Shown here: one piece after another, positions 23,301 to 36,438 of the stretch
How the letters are laid out: every line of letters starts with the position of its first letter
Numbering within the stretch: position 1 is the stretch's first letter
Origin: Pelomyxa schiedti
Taxonomy: Eukaryota; Protista; Evosea
DNA length: 64,000 nucleotides
Direction: 5' to 3'
Assembly (NCBI GenBank): GCA_020536535.1
Contig: JAHLWZ010000841.1
Span: forward strand, 1 to 64,000
Made by a program: the position numbers and the translations under genes
Notes under the pieces: model-generated
Seen by the model: only the letters and a program-made list of their open reading frames with translations
The model's database searches: none
What the model was told of the DNA's origin: nothing

Positions 23301-24120
23301 ACGTGGTACCAACGACGTGGGAGCTAGGGAAGTATTAACCCGTATAGGAAAGTATTATTACAGAAGTAAGTCTTCAAAATGAACGAAGGCGTCTTTCAAG
23401 AGACCTAAGTGGGGGCCAAAAACGCCGACTTTCCTTTGCCATTGCCTTGACAAGTGACCCTGCTGTTGTCTTTCTGGATGAACCTACTAGTGGACTTGAC
23501 CCAGGTTGCACCAGAGAACTATGGAATGTTATAACGACTGCTAGAGTACGTAATGTTTTTCCCCAATCTCTCGCTAACATAAACCCAGCAAAATCGGTGC
23601 TTCTTGCTTACAACACACTCCATGGCTGAAGCTGAAACTGTCTGCACTACAATAGGAATTCTAAGCCGGGGCCACCTCAAGTGCATTGGTACCCCACAAC
23701 ACCTTAAGAGCCGTTTTGGCCAAGGATACAAGCTTGAAGTACTCTGTGAAAACTCTGGGGAGGAAAACAAGCGGGCAGCACAGGCGTTTGTGGCATCCAT
23801 TGTCCATGGGGATCCCCAGCTGCTGCATGGGACAACTCACAGTTTAGTGTTTCAGATACCTCTCTCACTGAAGCTCTCTGATTTGTTTGAAATACTCAGC
23901 CGAGAAGCTCGACATCATTGTATGTATCATTTTCCTCCATATCAAACCAACAAATAAATACACAGCCATCAAGTCCTGGAGTATGGGCCAGTCGAATTTG
24001 GAGGAAGTGTTCATTGCCATTGTTCACCAAGATGAAGGTGAAGCTGAATCAGCTGCACCTTCCAGTGTTGGTCTCATATCCATACAAGAACCATCGGAGG
24101 TTACAACAAGTGCCGTGTAA
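20334..24120 (+). CDS. ABCA: ABC transporter family A, half-size (TMD + one NBD)
   Basis: GLLGPNGAGKTT (Walker A), [59 protein letters not shown]. Confidence 0.93.
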
Positions 24121-24359
24121 TTCCAAAGCCAAAGTCACTTCGTTACTAGACTGTGTACTAAACAGAAAACGAAGAGGCAATTTTTTTAGGTTTTTCATCA
24201 CCCCAGATCTTTTTCTTCTTATAACGATAACAATTAAGCCGCCACAGTGTGGCTTGTCCTAACTTTTTTTTTGTCCGATTTTTTTTAAAAGCAACGTATA
24301 TTGGGACGGCAAGGTAGGGCAAATACGCAATTCTAACAAAACAAAAAAACAAAGGAGAG

Positions 24360-25207
24360 ATGGAGAAGATCACGGTAGGATTTGTGTCGTCAACTACGGT
24401 GGTGTTGGTGCCTTCTGATTTCCACGTCGACAAAACAACTGTAACCAGCGAGTGGAACAGGATTATGTACTGTATGCTCCAGTCAGATCCATCGTCCCAT
24501 CGTCCGGACATCACACAGGAAGACATTGACATGGTAAGTTTCGGACCCCATCAACACAACGACGCTTTCTTTCTTCTGGGAGGAAATAATACAGATCTCA
24601 CAATGCACAGATCTTACAGGCAATAAGAAAACTCGTAGAAGGAGGCGTGGTGGCGAGAACGGATGACGATAGGGGTCTAGAAGAATGTGTGCTAACAGTA
24701 CATCAGAGCAAAGTGGTTGACTCTCTGGTATCTGGTTTCCGCATGATGGTGTACGATACAGGCTCGGTACGTGTTGCCTATTGCTGATTTACTATTTTTC
24801 ACCACTAAACCCAGGGATCCTACAACAGAACTGTTGGAATCTCGCAAAATGACATATTAACTGTATTAGCTAGGCCAGGACACAAGAATTTCGTTCGGGA
24901 CTTTGTGCGTCAACTCGAAGTCGCCAAGGAACAGTCCCTCATACAACAACAAACTTCCGTTTCTTCTACTACTGCCTCTTCTTCTGACAGCGCCACCCCA
25001 ATGTGCCAAGTGGAAAGGGAACAGCACACCACAGCAACTACTACACCGACAAGTGTTCCTATGCCTAGTGACTGTGCTCCCCACGTAGACGAAAACCCCC
25101 GCAATGTACATCACGACGAAGACACATTCCAGCCCACCAAACGACCCCCGTACTCCATGTGTACCTCAAATGCAACTCCACCCCCCAGCAAACGTTCAAG
25201 AAGCTAA
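24360..25207 (+). CDS. Uncharacterised three-exon protein
   Basis: Open exons joined by GT-AG introns (gtaagt at ~24533, gtacga at ~24751). S/T/P-rich tail. No family recognised. Confidence 0.55.
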
Positions 25208-25337
25208 TGACTTTGTATAGTAAAAGAAAAGAAAGAAAAATTTTTAGAGGTTTTGCGGTTGAAATAGGCAAACTAAAAAATCTTGTTGTGTTCCTTTCAT
25301 CGCAAATCTTCACACAGGGGCGATAGGCCAGGCAAAT

Positions 25338-28300
25338 CTAAGTGCTAAACGCCTTTAGCTGCCGTAGCTCGATGTAGCTGGCACTGCCGTACGCGCCGGA
25401 ATTCTGTACCTCGATCTTGAGGAACTGCGTGGTGAAGCTGACCTGCCACGTGTTGCTGGCGTCCACGGAGTTGTCGTGGCAGTTCACCAGGTCGGCGACC
25501 TCGACCCACCCGTGTCCCCAGTCGGTCCAGCCGCCCGCGTCGTGGGCCGGCGCCGCGGCGCCCCTGGCCGCCGGGTGGTAGCTCAGCCGCATGCGCGTGG
25601 TCTTGCCGTCCGAGCACATCTGGAAGAACACCAGCGTCCTGATGTGCGCCGCGCGGCCCATGTCCACGACCAGGATCCCGGTGCCGCCGGACGTGTTGTT
25701 GGTCCACGTCGACCCGACCGAGTTGGCGCCGCGCACGCTCCTGGTCCTGCTGGTCGGCTCGGTGTCGATCAGGCAGCCGTTGGCGCACCAGGCCTCGGTG
25801 GGCCCGCCGCAGTTGCTCTTGTACGTGCCCGCGCCGCCGGCGAACGCGTACTGGGCCACCTTGCACGCCCCGCCCGTGATCACGTCGTTGAGCAGGTTGG
25901 CCGAGCCGTCGGCGGCGCGGGCAAAGTCCACGCCCCTGAGCGTCGCCGCCTCGGCCTTGAGCTCCTCGATCGTGGCCAGCAGCATCTGGTTGTCCTGGTG
26001 CGCGTTCTGCAGCTGCGCCGCCAGCGAGGCGTGCTGCGCCTCGGACTTCTTGATATCGGCCTCCTTGGCCACGACCGCGTCCTTGGCTTGCTGCAGCGCG
26101 GCCTCGCACTCGGTGAGCCTGGGGAACTTGCTGGCGAGCTTGTCTAGTCCCACCGGTGGGTCTGGCACCCTTGGCGGCAGGATCCTGGGGTGCATTTGCA
26201 AGTACGCGTGCATGAAGGCAACTTGCTCGTGTGTTGGCTCAGTTGCTGTTGACACGTCATCCACTTTTGTTGCTGTTGTTGAGCTGGAAGAAGTTGAGGT
26301 TGTGGATGGGGGAGTAGATTGAGGTGACGTGGGTGTGCTGTCTGAACTAGTTGGCAGAAAGTTCCTCAAACATTGTATCTGAGAAGTGAGTGCACTAGGT
26401 TTGATTGAGTTGAGACAATGGATTATGGGAGAAAACTGGTTTTTACCTTAGGCGGTTGATGGTTTCAAAGATGGAGGTCTCAAAAACTTTTTGCTGCTGA
26501 AGTGCTCCCCTGAGCTGGTTTTCAATGCTGGAAAACATCTCTAGCACACTATTGTGCCATGTGGTGACAATTTTATTCAAGACACTGATGGCTTCGTGTC
26601 CTGTTTGAAGAGCACTCTTTTGAAGGAGATTTGCAGTGGATTCCGCTTGTTTTTGATGTGCTAGCGCTGTATCCAATAGTTTGGTGATGTTGACATCTGC
26701 ATTGACGGTTAACAGTTTCGAAAGTGGAATCGAGGTCTAACCAAGGGCAGCAAGTTCTTCCAGAGCAGGGCAGATAGCAGTGGGAAGAGGGACACACTCG
26801 TGACTCCCGTGTGCTCCATTGTGCAGACAGTGCCCACAAACGAGGCGGGAATCTTCTTTGCAAAACATCGTGAGAGGTTGGTGATGGTCTTTGCAAAGAT
26901 TGGATCCAATCTGGCGACAAATTAAACATTGAAAAGAGAAGCTGATGTCACAACCTGTGGAAGTAAGTACATATCTTCACTGTGAGGCATAGGGGCAATT
27001 GTACAAAGTTCTGTGCAGCCCTTGTCATCAGAGTGTTCTGGTAGGGCGTACAGAGCATCATATACCTCACCTGGGAAACTCATCAATTGTTGTGCGGCTT
27101 CCTTTATTAGAAGAAACTCAGGAGACGGGTTCCCATGTGCAGTGTGTCCCACCTTGTAAGAAATAAGAAAGTAGAGAAGTACTGAATACGGCTACTTCTG
27201 AGGCACCCATTGCGTGAACTCTATTGTAGATATCATCAAGTAACTCTGAGAGTTCATTCCTTTTCCTAATCAAAATAGTATCTGGAAGACAGTGCGTAGC
27301 ACTCTCCAATTCTGAGAGCTGAGTGCACAAGCTACGGACAAGTACAGAAAGTTTTGTGTGCTGTTCAGTAATTTTATTCACATCGTTTGTCAAAGTGGTT
27401 TGAATGACACTCTGAATTCATGTATTAGAAACCAGAACTCCCTATTAATTACCCACTTTAACTTCCGTGATTCTTGTATCTTCATTTCCTTGGAGCTTTT
27501 CACAAAGGGCAGTCAAATTATTTGCAATGAATTCTTGTTTTCTAAAGGAGGTAAGGGTAAAGACCAGTGAAAAGTGATGGGATTTTAAGGTACTTGGCAA
27601 TCATCGCAGCAGACAGAGCAAATGGCTGTGCCGAGTTTGAGACATATTTTAACACCTGTACAATATAAAAAAACAACGTTTGAAATCTTCCCTCCCCTCA
27701 CCTCATGGATGGTTCGGCATTTCTTCTTCAATCTGGAACGGCACTCTTCTGCAGCACTTTCAATAGAAATACAATCGTCACGAGCATGGTCATCACATAC
27801 GCACAGCTGGCAAAGAATCATGTCGTGAACTGGACAATAGAAACGGACGAGTTCCTTTTAAGTTGGTGAGTGTGCTTTTGCTCAAACGGTGATATGTACC
27901 GAAGTGTGCTTCCGGCAAAACATCCTTGCAGGATGCACAGCAGCAGTCTTGAGAGGAACTACCGAGGCAGCAAGGTGACACCTGAAGCGGGCTCCGTGAT
28001 GCACTCTCAGGTTGCATTCATCGCAGAGTCGAAGTGGAGGCATGCATGCCTGACAAATAACAGTAGCAGGCACTGCAGGTTCAGTAGGATGGTCCTCACA
28101 CATGTTATCTGACTTGCGCATTTCCTATATCACTAGGTGAGCCCATTGAACATCAACCAATAAAATAAAGAAGTATCAAAATATATAAGACGTTGGTTGG
28201 AACCCCAGTTAGCTTTATGGATTCAAGCAAAAAACCTCGATTATGACACAGAGTTGCTTGTTTATACAAGCACTTTTTGGGCTGCACTCAGCTTTGCAAA

Positions 28301-28739
28301 CTGGACAAATAAGAGCACTTCTGGGAGCCATACTTCTGGCACTCACCCTCAGTCCACCTCCCCCTCCTGAGGATCCAGATAGCCTCAGTCCTCCGGACCC
28401 TGATTCCCTCAGGGTGCGCTGTGTCCCACCGGTGGGTCCGGCGCCGCCAACGCCCTGTGACTGGGACTGAGACTCGGCCGATGACGGCTGATTTTCAGCC
28501 GCTCCGACGAGGACGAGGCCGGATCCAACGCATCTCATGCACATCGAGTGACAACAGGGCAGGGTGACTGGATCAACGAACATTTCGCCGCACACGGGGC
28601 AGCACAGGTCCAGGGGGCCGGTGGATCCCATAATGCTGCTGACGGCGGGCTGTTGGTGGCGCGGCTGCTGAGTAATATTGGACGTCGGGGGCGGGGCTTG
28701 TTGGGGGGCTGGCGTTGCTTCTTCGGTTGTGCCTGACAT
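25338..28739 (-). CDS. TRIM-like protein: RING, two B-boxes, coiled coil and C-terminal discoidin/F5-8C-like galactose-binding fold
   Basis: RING CPVC...LPCCHSMCMRC...CPVC. B-box CEDH...CQAC...LCDEC...HH...H. Second B-box CRKH...CPVH...LCQLC...H. Tail LVVDMGRAAHIRTLVFFQ...W...FTTQFLKIEV...IELRQLKAF. Confidence 0.8.
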
Positions 28740-28878
28740 CTGGGTGTACGTTAATTCTTCTTTGTTTTCGTTGTAACTCGTCGGGTTTCTGGCGGTTGGA
28801 TGTTTTGTTGTTGCTCCTTTTTACAAACAAAGAAAAATTGTTTAGAATTGTTTTGGTCTCCCTCTGAAGAGGGTACAC

Positions 28879-31800
28879 TCACAACAGCAGTTCCTCCAGT
28901 TCAGCACGTGACAATTGGCTTGTGTCAGCGGCTGTGCTGTTCTCTGTGGCACAACTTGAGATTGTTGGTGTTGTTGTTCCTGTTTCAGTTGATGTTGTTA
29001 TCGTCGATGGTGGTGGTGTTGGTGTTTGTTGGGTTGGAACGTGAGGGTTGTTGTGAGGGCCAGGGGAGGCAGCTGCTAACAGATTGGCCAAAAGAGTTTT
29101 GTCAATGGACTGGGACTGCAACCAAGACACAGCTTTCCTGGCAATGAATTTCCACTGTGCCCGGAGTTTTGGCAGGTACAATTCCAAAAACGCAACTGCG
29201 AGGCACGTGGCCCACAAGTCGCCCTTGTTGCAGGTCCCGGTGTCGTGAGTTTGCAGTGACTCCGGAATATTCTCTATGAGCCCGGATATGGATGTATTTA
29301 ATGTGCCCAACGCACTGCTGAGACCGGCAGAGGTCCAGAATCCATCAACGTTTTGTTGTGTGCATACTTTGTGGAGAATCTCGTATTGTTCGTCTGTGGA
29401 AGAGCTTGACCCGTAGTTGGCGTCGGAGAATTTGACGTCCGTGAGGATGCTCTTCAGCATATCCTGGCATGAGTGCAGGGCACCAGAGATAGGCTCAAAT
29501 TCTGCACTGCCATACATCATAGACTCTTCACAGAACTTGGACTGCCATTTCCGTACGGAAAATATTTTTTCCAGCGGAGCCACTTGATTTACAAGAACTG
29601 GTATTGGTGTTTCTTGAGTGGATACTGTGTTCCTTGTCACTGCCACATACGATGTGAGGTCACAGGCAACACCGTATTTCACTGCTTCCCTGATTACAGA
29701 TTCCCTCTCATTTGTAAAAATGCCTCTGGCAATAGCACAGCAGTGCAGAACAGGTGGCCATTGCGGAGGGGATTCACATCTCTGAAGGTCAAGATCAAAC
29801 AATGCAGTCTGTGAGCCAGGAGGATACTTCCATACGGAGACCTTTTCAAGGCGGTCCATCTGTGTTTTGTTAAAAATCGCATACATTGTCTGATGGTGTT
29901 TTGACGTTGAAACACTGAGGGGTAATGGAGTTTTGAACTCAGGGGCTGGTGCAAAACTCAGTTCGATGTTGTGGATCTCACTTCCAAAAAGATTCGCGTA
30001 AGAAACAAAGGCAACACATGACGTTTCATTTTTGGGATCATGTGCTATCCATCCGATGCCTGCCACGGGGTTGTATCTCGCTCTTATTTGAACACCTTTA
30101 TTGAGGGATTTGGTGGTCCCTGTCCATGAGAACGAGGTGGAGAGTGGTGTGGGGTGATTGCGGAAAATCTCAGGTGGGGCAGTCTGAGAAACACCGAACT
30201 CGGTGATGGGGGATTTCGGATGTGAGTCAACAGTCATCATAATGGTCACTGGTGAATTGGGAGAACTTGAACAAGCCCAAAGAGATCCTGGAACTGATAA
30301 ATTCAGAAATATAAAGTTGGAACCTTTTTCAGGGCTTGCCAATTCCAATTCCTGAACGAAACTGACACACAACATGATGTTCTTTTTGGGCAAGAGGTTT
30401 CCTATGCTAATTCGGAAAACACCTGATGATGCTTGCTCCAAGAGTTGCGGAGAATGCCCTGAAGCTATGGCATCGTCGTAAGTCCGTAGTGCATCAGTGG
30501 CAGGGACACACTTCGCCATCACAAGAGTTCCATCATCGTACCGAGCACTGAACGATACCACAACAGCTGTGGGTGGCAGTGGAAGCACGTAAACAGCTTC
30601 TACATTCACCTTGTCCTCATTTACAAAACATTGCTCAACTTGCGTGCACATACACAAGTCTCCAGTGACGGAAACAGTGACATTGGTATATTTCAGAAGA
30701 ACATTGCCACTCGCCTCTTTCCCGAAAATTCCAGCATTCTGAAGCGAATGCACAGTGAACTGCTGTAAAACTTTCTGTGTTGGTATCAGGCTCTCCTGAA
30801 GCAAAGTTTGCGCAACAGATCTTTCCATTTCGCCGATGCAAACAAGTGTTCCACCTACAACACGTTTACAAAATATATCAACGCCATCACGTAAACGAGA
30901 GCTATACTCTCCGGTCCCCACGTAATGCTTGAAGTGGTTTGAAATAGCACTTTGTTGTAGCTGTCCTTTCATTGAGACCATCTCTGGCGCTATGTGCTCC
31001 GCCACAATTGTTCCATTCATAGAAATAACAGCAACATAGTGAATTGGTGATTGTGTCCGACCATGTGATGAAATCCAGTGTTGTTTCCTTTCTTCCCGCT
31101 CTTCCCGAGATGTGAGATCTCCCAGTCGGCTTTCCAATCTATGAAGGGAACTGGCAACCGTTCTTACTTGATTCCGTCTTTCTTCTGTGGTTGCGCATGC
31201 AAGAGCACTTTGGAATTTGTTACTAAGTATGTTAATAATGTACGCCAGGTCATGGATGTTGACTCTGTCTCTTTGAGAAGTAATTAGTCCAGCGGCAAGT
31301 TGGAATCCACACGACAACTCCAGTATGTAGAGTTGAAGTTGCCTTATGAAAGGGGTCTCATTATTGTGTGGCAGGTCAAAGTGGGTGTTGGGTGTCCACA
31401 ACCCATAACGAGTTTCAATATTATCAGCTGGTGTGCGATAAAAAACATGTGCTCTGCGACTTGCTACAAGGGCAGCACAATGATGTAAAATTTTGTTGGA
31501 CCCAATCAGCACCTTTGGGGTAATTGTAAGGGTGATCTTTTCTCTTCCATTAATTGAGCCTGTACACACAACCACTTCACCACGCAGATCCTTCGCATTA
31601 ATGACAGTCCAAAATTCAGTCTTGTGACCAAAAGGTATTGGCTTTGTCCCCTTTTCGAAGTACGGGGGATTGTTGTTGCTCGATTGGAGTGGCCAGGTAA
31701 TCTTCGGTTTCATTATAAGTTCACCCAGCAATGCATTGACGAGTAACATTACTTTGGGCTCAACTCGCTTTGAGTCAGACACAAATGCAGTAATACCTCG

Positions 31801-33437
31801 TCCCTTCGCAGCAATATCCAAAAGGGTGGCGTGAGAGCAGTCACTTCCAATCCCAAGAGCAAATACAAAGGTATCTCCCACGGAACAGTGACGCTCAATT
31901 TTTTCCATCACTGCGATGCTCTTGCCAATGTATCCATCGGTGATTATAATAACATACCGCAATGCTCCGTTTTGAACAGGTCTTTCCAGAATGTGTGCAA
32001 GTGGCTCAAGCAGCTCAGTTGCGCCCATGTTAGCATTCATTTGATCGACGTGCTTGGTTGCTGTTTCCAAGTTTGTTGCTGTGTACTCAGCACACTGCTC
32101 AAATAGGTGTGAAAAACTGCTTCCAAAGCTCACAACATCGAAGAATGTGCACCCTCTCCTCAAACTGTGGAGCAGAAGTTGAAGAGCGTGCCTCGTTTGT
32201 GTCATTTTTGCACCTTCCATGCTTCCAGAGCGGTCAACGACAACGATCACTTCTTGTTTCTTTGTAACCTCGGGAGATTGTTCGATTCGTGGGACTTTCA
32301 GCTTGATATAAAAGCATTTCGTTTGCTCCGCCGTATCCTCCTCCACAAAGGCAGACACGTGCGCGTGGTACGTCTTACGCGATGACGATGATGACGATGG
32401 CGATGATGATGAAGAGCAGCTTGTGAGTGGTGGGACGTCTTCGAGGGAGCCTGCCGTGACGGAAGGTGTGATCTCAACTGGGACACGTGTGTCGTACGTT
32501 GGCAGCCCAGAAAATGTCACAAGAAGATCGCTTCCGAGCCGGGCAACATCAGGAGGAAAACTGAAACGAGTGTGTATCTCCCCCTTCGAGACTGCCTCGT
32601 GGCTGGAGTGAAGAGTGGTGGCCTTCATTTCAGCACAAACAACAATGCTTGCCCCAGAGGTGTTCACAACCACAGCTACATCCTCAGTGCCTGTATTGAT
32701 GAGAAAACAAAAACAGCAAAAGAGGGATCTTTCCAACCTTGGTGCCCTGCCCAAATTGCACCAGGTATATTCAACTGACACTGGCTCAGTTCCTCTGTCA
32801 CTTCTTCATCAGCTTCGTTAATCAGAGAGTTTGAGTCCAGCCGGTTGCTAACAACCTCTTCCATTAATGCGATGTAAGACAGCCTGACGACGCCGGAAAT
32901 AGATCCGCCGGGATTGCTGGGCTTGATCCGGGGTCCTCCCACAATTAGCGTCCTGCCATCCACCACGCGCAGCGCCTTCTCCAGTGTCGGCCAACAGGCT
33001 GGATCCCTTCTGTCGCCGTCGTGGTCGTCGTCGGAATAGGCCTGGCACCTGAGGCACGGCTGGCCCTGGTCGCCTGTGCTGTTGTAGTAGTGCTCTGAGC
33101 CCCAGTCTCCTTCGTAGCATACGGAATCTACGGGACACTGGTGGCACGTGATGGGGGCCGAGAGCACGGTTGGGAGGCCGAAACTGGGGTCGCCGGTTTC
33201 GACGGTTGTTGTGCCATCAATCACGAGTTTGTTGTAGGTCTGAAGGACAGTGACATGGACTGCGGAGTGGAGGAGCCCCGAGCGAACTAAATCGACTTGG
33301 ACAGTCGTGCCCTGTGGACTTATGGGACGACCCTCGTGGGTGTACAGCCCTAGGTGTGAAGGCGAGAACGTTGGCCTCGTATTGGTCAGAGCTCGTGCTC
33401 TAGCATGCAGGGTCTCTTCGAAGTCGCCTCCGTACAT
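28879..33437 (-). CDS. ~1500-aa VIT/vWA (VWA5A/PARP4-like) protein with a probable single intron near 32691-32737
   Basis: Intact MIDAS (VVDRSGSM...GATE...ITDG). Clear VIT domain after the vWA (QVEQCFVNEDKVNVEAVYVLPLPPTAVV...YDDAIASGH...FRISIGNL). VWA5A-type tail (QNVDGFW...WATCLAVAFL...WKFIARKAVSWL). Confidence 0.85.
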
Positions 33438-33689
33438 CTTCCTTTTTTTGATCCCTCTTTTTTCCTTTTCTCGATCCCGCTGATTTTCCAACGTACACAG
33501 CAGGTTCGAAGAATACTGCCATCAAGAGCACAGTGTTAATGGACTTTGGGGACTTGCCAACAGTGGCCAGTGATCATTCGTAAAACTTCTTCTACAGCGA
33601 CCAAGGCCTCGTTGGAATTTGAATTGGAAAAAAACAATATTTGAAATACTCAATACTCAGTGCGTGATTGCCTGTTGGTGCTACGGAAC

Positions 33690-34454
33690 TTATTGCCGTT
33701 TAAGCAGTTCCTCTCTTTCCATTGTTAGAGCCACAGTCTGCCTTTCAAGTTCTTCTATCTGAGAAATATTGTGAGATGGTATAGAAGTGAGCACAGAAGT
33801 ACCTTTATTTTCAGTTCCCATGCATAATTTGCCAGTGTACTGATTTTCAGTTGCAGTTCCAAACGCTCGGTACTGAGGCATGTATTTGTTCTCTCCAGTG
33901 TTGCTATGTACTCCTTCTTTCGTTTTCTTGACTCTGCAGCGGAAATACGATTCTTTGCTCTTCTGTATTCCAAGCTATTCCACTATTAACAAAGACGAGT
34001 AGAAAAACCTAATGAGGTGTACCTTTCGGGGAGAATAGGCTTTCTACCACTTTTTTTGGCTTTGCCTTGGTGACTCGCAGGTTGCGGCACACTATTTTTC
34101 CTATCATTTTCAGGATTTTGTAACAAAGAGTACCTTTCTTCTGTCATACAGTAACTGGGAATGTAAACTTCACCGAGCTGAGGTTCATTATATACACCTT
34201 GTGAACTTAAGTTTGTCACGTATTCCGCTTCTGGCTGGTCGTGAATGATGATTACAAGAACAATACCTACGAGGTTGAAATGCACACAGGTACTCCGAAT
34301 TTTGTTCGTCACCAGTACCAAGTACTCCGTTCCATTCCATGGGCACTTCTACTGTCCTATTAAGGGGCTCCATTGACAATCAAGTGTTACCTAGGCCCTC
34401 TGGTACCATAAACTGTGGGGTACAAGTGGAAATAAAATCTCCAGTAGGCTCCAT
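33690..34454 (-). CDS. bZIP transcription factor (CREB/ATF/HY5-like basic region)
   Basis: RRAKNRISAAESRKRKKEYIATLE followed by leucine heptads. Four short introns. Confidence 0.88.
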
Positions 34455-34897
34455 TTCCTACATAATAGGAAGGGATTTTAAATACGAAGGTGGTGAGGAA
34501 GACGAAATCCTCGTAGTGGGGCACGGGGGAGGGTTTCGTAAAAAACCTGCGGACACGTCAGCTACGTCACACCACACGTGGATTTTTTTCAGTTAGGTTT
34601 AGGTTTTGTTTCCTTTTTCAAAGTTGTACATAGTTTTGCAATTGCCACAAGCAGATCACTCCCCAGTCCCTCTTACTGTCCATCTGAGGTGGAGACGTTC
34701 AACCGAGGAGTAACCTGGAGTGGGCGATTGTACGGTGAAATGAGAAAAACAGTGAATCTCGAGAAATTCCTGCAGCTCGAGAAGGGGAAATCACGGAAAT
34801 CAGTCGTCGGCTTTGCCCTCCCAAAAGCCACAACAGCAAACAAAACCGACCCAAAAAAAACCAAACAACCGCAGAACCCAAAACGCAAGGGACTGAG

Positions 34898-36157
34898 ATG
34901 GCCGCTACGGATAGTACTATTGAAGCAGAAACACTCAGACTCCACGATGCCATGGCTGGCTTCGGTGTGTTTTTTTGTTTGTTTTTTTCCCTCTTACACC
35001 AAAATAAGGGACGAATGAGGATGCGCTGATTGAGATCATTGGAGGAACGCCAAGGCCTCGCCTTATGAAAATTGGCGTGGAGTATATCAATAGATACCAC
35101 AAAAGTATGTGGGAGGACATAAAGGGTGATACCTCGGGGAACTTCGGGGTGTGCCAGCTTAGCTTTTTCATAATTGAATTTGCTGATTAACCTGTCCGTT
35201 TAGAAACTGCTTCAAGGATTAGGTATTTTTCTTTTGAGATAGGAATCTACATTCGAGTGCTTACACACAAATACCAGTTACTCCACGTGGCATATACCTT
35301 GCTGAGCTGATTCATTTGGCTACTCATGGCCTTGGTACTAACGACCGCTTGCTCATTGATGTAGTTTGTCAGATTTGTCCACAAGAAGTCAAACTGCTCA
35401 ACAATGTTCGTTGTCTACAAGTATACGCTGTACACTGAAATCATTCACAGGAATATGAACCAATCTACAAGAAAACTGCTGAGCACGTTGTTCATTCAGA
35501 TACTAGTGGTAACTACAGGAAGATTTTGATAAGTGTACTTCAGGTATAACTTTCGAGTTGGTTTCTTTTAGTAACGTCAAACAGGGCAGCAGACCCGAGC
35601 CAGGGACAGTGGATGAAAGCACTGTTGCGTCAGACTCTGACCGTATGTTTGCTTCAGGGGAAGCATCCCGGGATGATGCCTTTGTCGAAATCATACCGCA
35701 TCGTTCTGCAGAACACCTGCAACGTGTTTCACACCACATGAAAACTGCACATGGCCACACACTTGAGGCTGAAATCATCAAGAGGACCTGCGGTGATTTC
35801 CAGGATGCTCTCCTTGCGCTTTGCACACCCAGGGCCAACTATATTGCTAAGTCTATCTTTGATGCCACCCACATTTCTGGTAAAGACTCCTCCAGCCCAC
35901 CCTCTTCAACTTTCACAAAACGCCCACTGTATACTAATACCACAAACAAAATCCCCCCCAAATTTAACATTCTTGCAGGAACTAACAATTCCCTTCTGAT
36001 CCGCATATTCTGCATGAATGATCGCGAGACACTTCAAGCTGGCATAGCTGCCTATCACCAACGAACCAACCGGAACATGGTTGATGACATTGTGGCTGAT
36101 GTGAGTGGCCCACTGGAAAAGAAATTCCGTCAGCTTCTCGTTCGCCTCCTTCAGTGA
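34898..36157 (+). CDS. Annexin
   Basis: LHDAMAGFGTNEDALIEII...IKGDTSGNFG, HGLGTNDRLLIDV, HSDTSGNYRKIL, RTCGDFQDALLAL, GTNNSLLIRI: four annexin repeats. Includes a 19-nt micro-exon. Confidence 0.93.
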
Positions 36158-36438
36158 TTCTGGGCTACAGTAGATTGTGCTTTTTTTGTTGGGAAGAATA
36201 TAACACACAATTCAAAGGAAGAAGTGAAAAACATGACAAAAGGAAAGATGCACAGAAAATCAGTAAAAACAACACAGAAAAACGTGGAAATTAAAAGTAC
36301 AAACAAACCCACGAGCGCCCCAGAAATTGGGTGTAAAGATCCGGTGTTTCAGGAGGCACTCGTTCCCTGCATATTTTTTCGCCCGCCTCGAAAAATCACA
36401 AAATTAGAACAACAAAAAAACGGACGGAGGAGTGTCGA

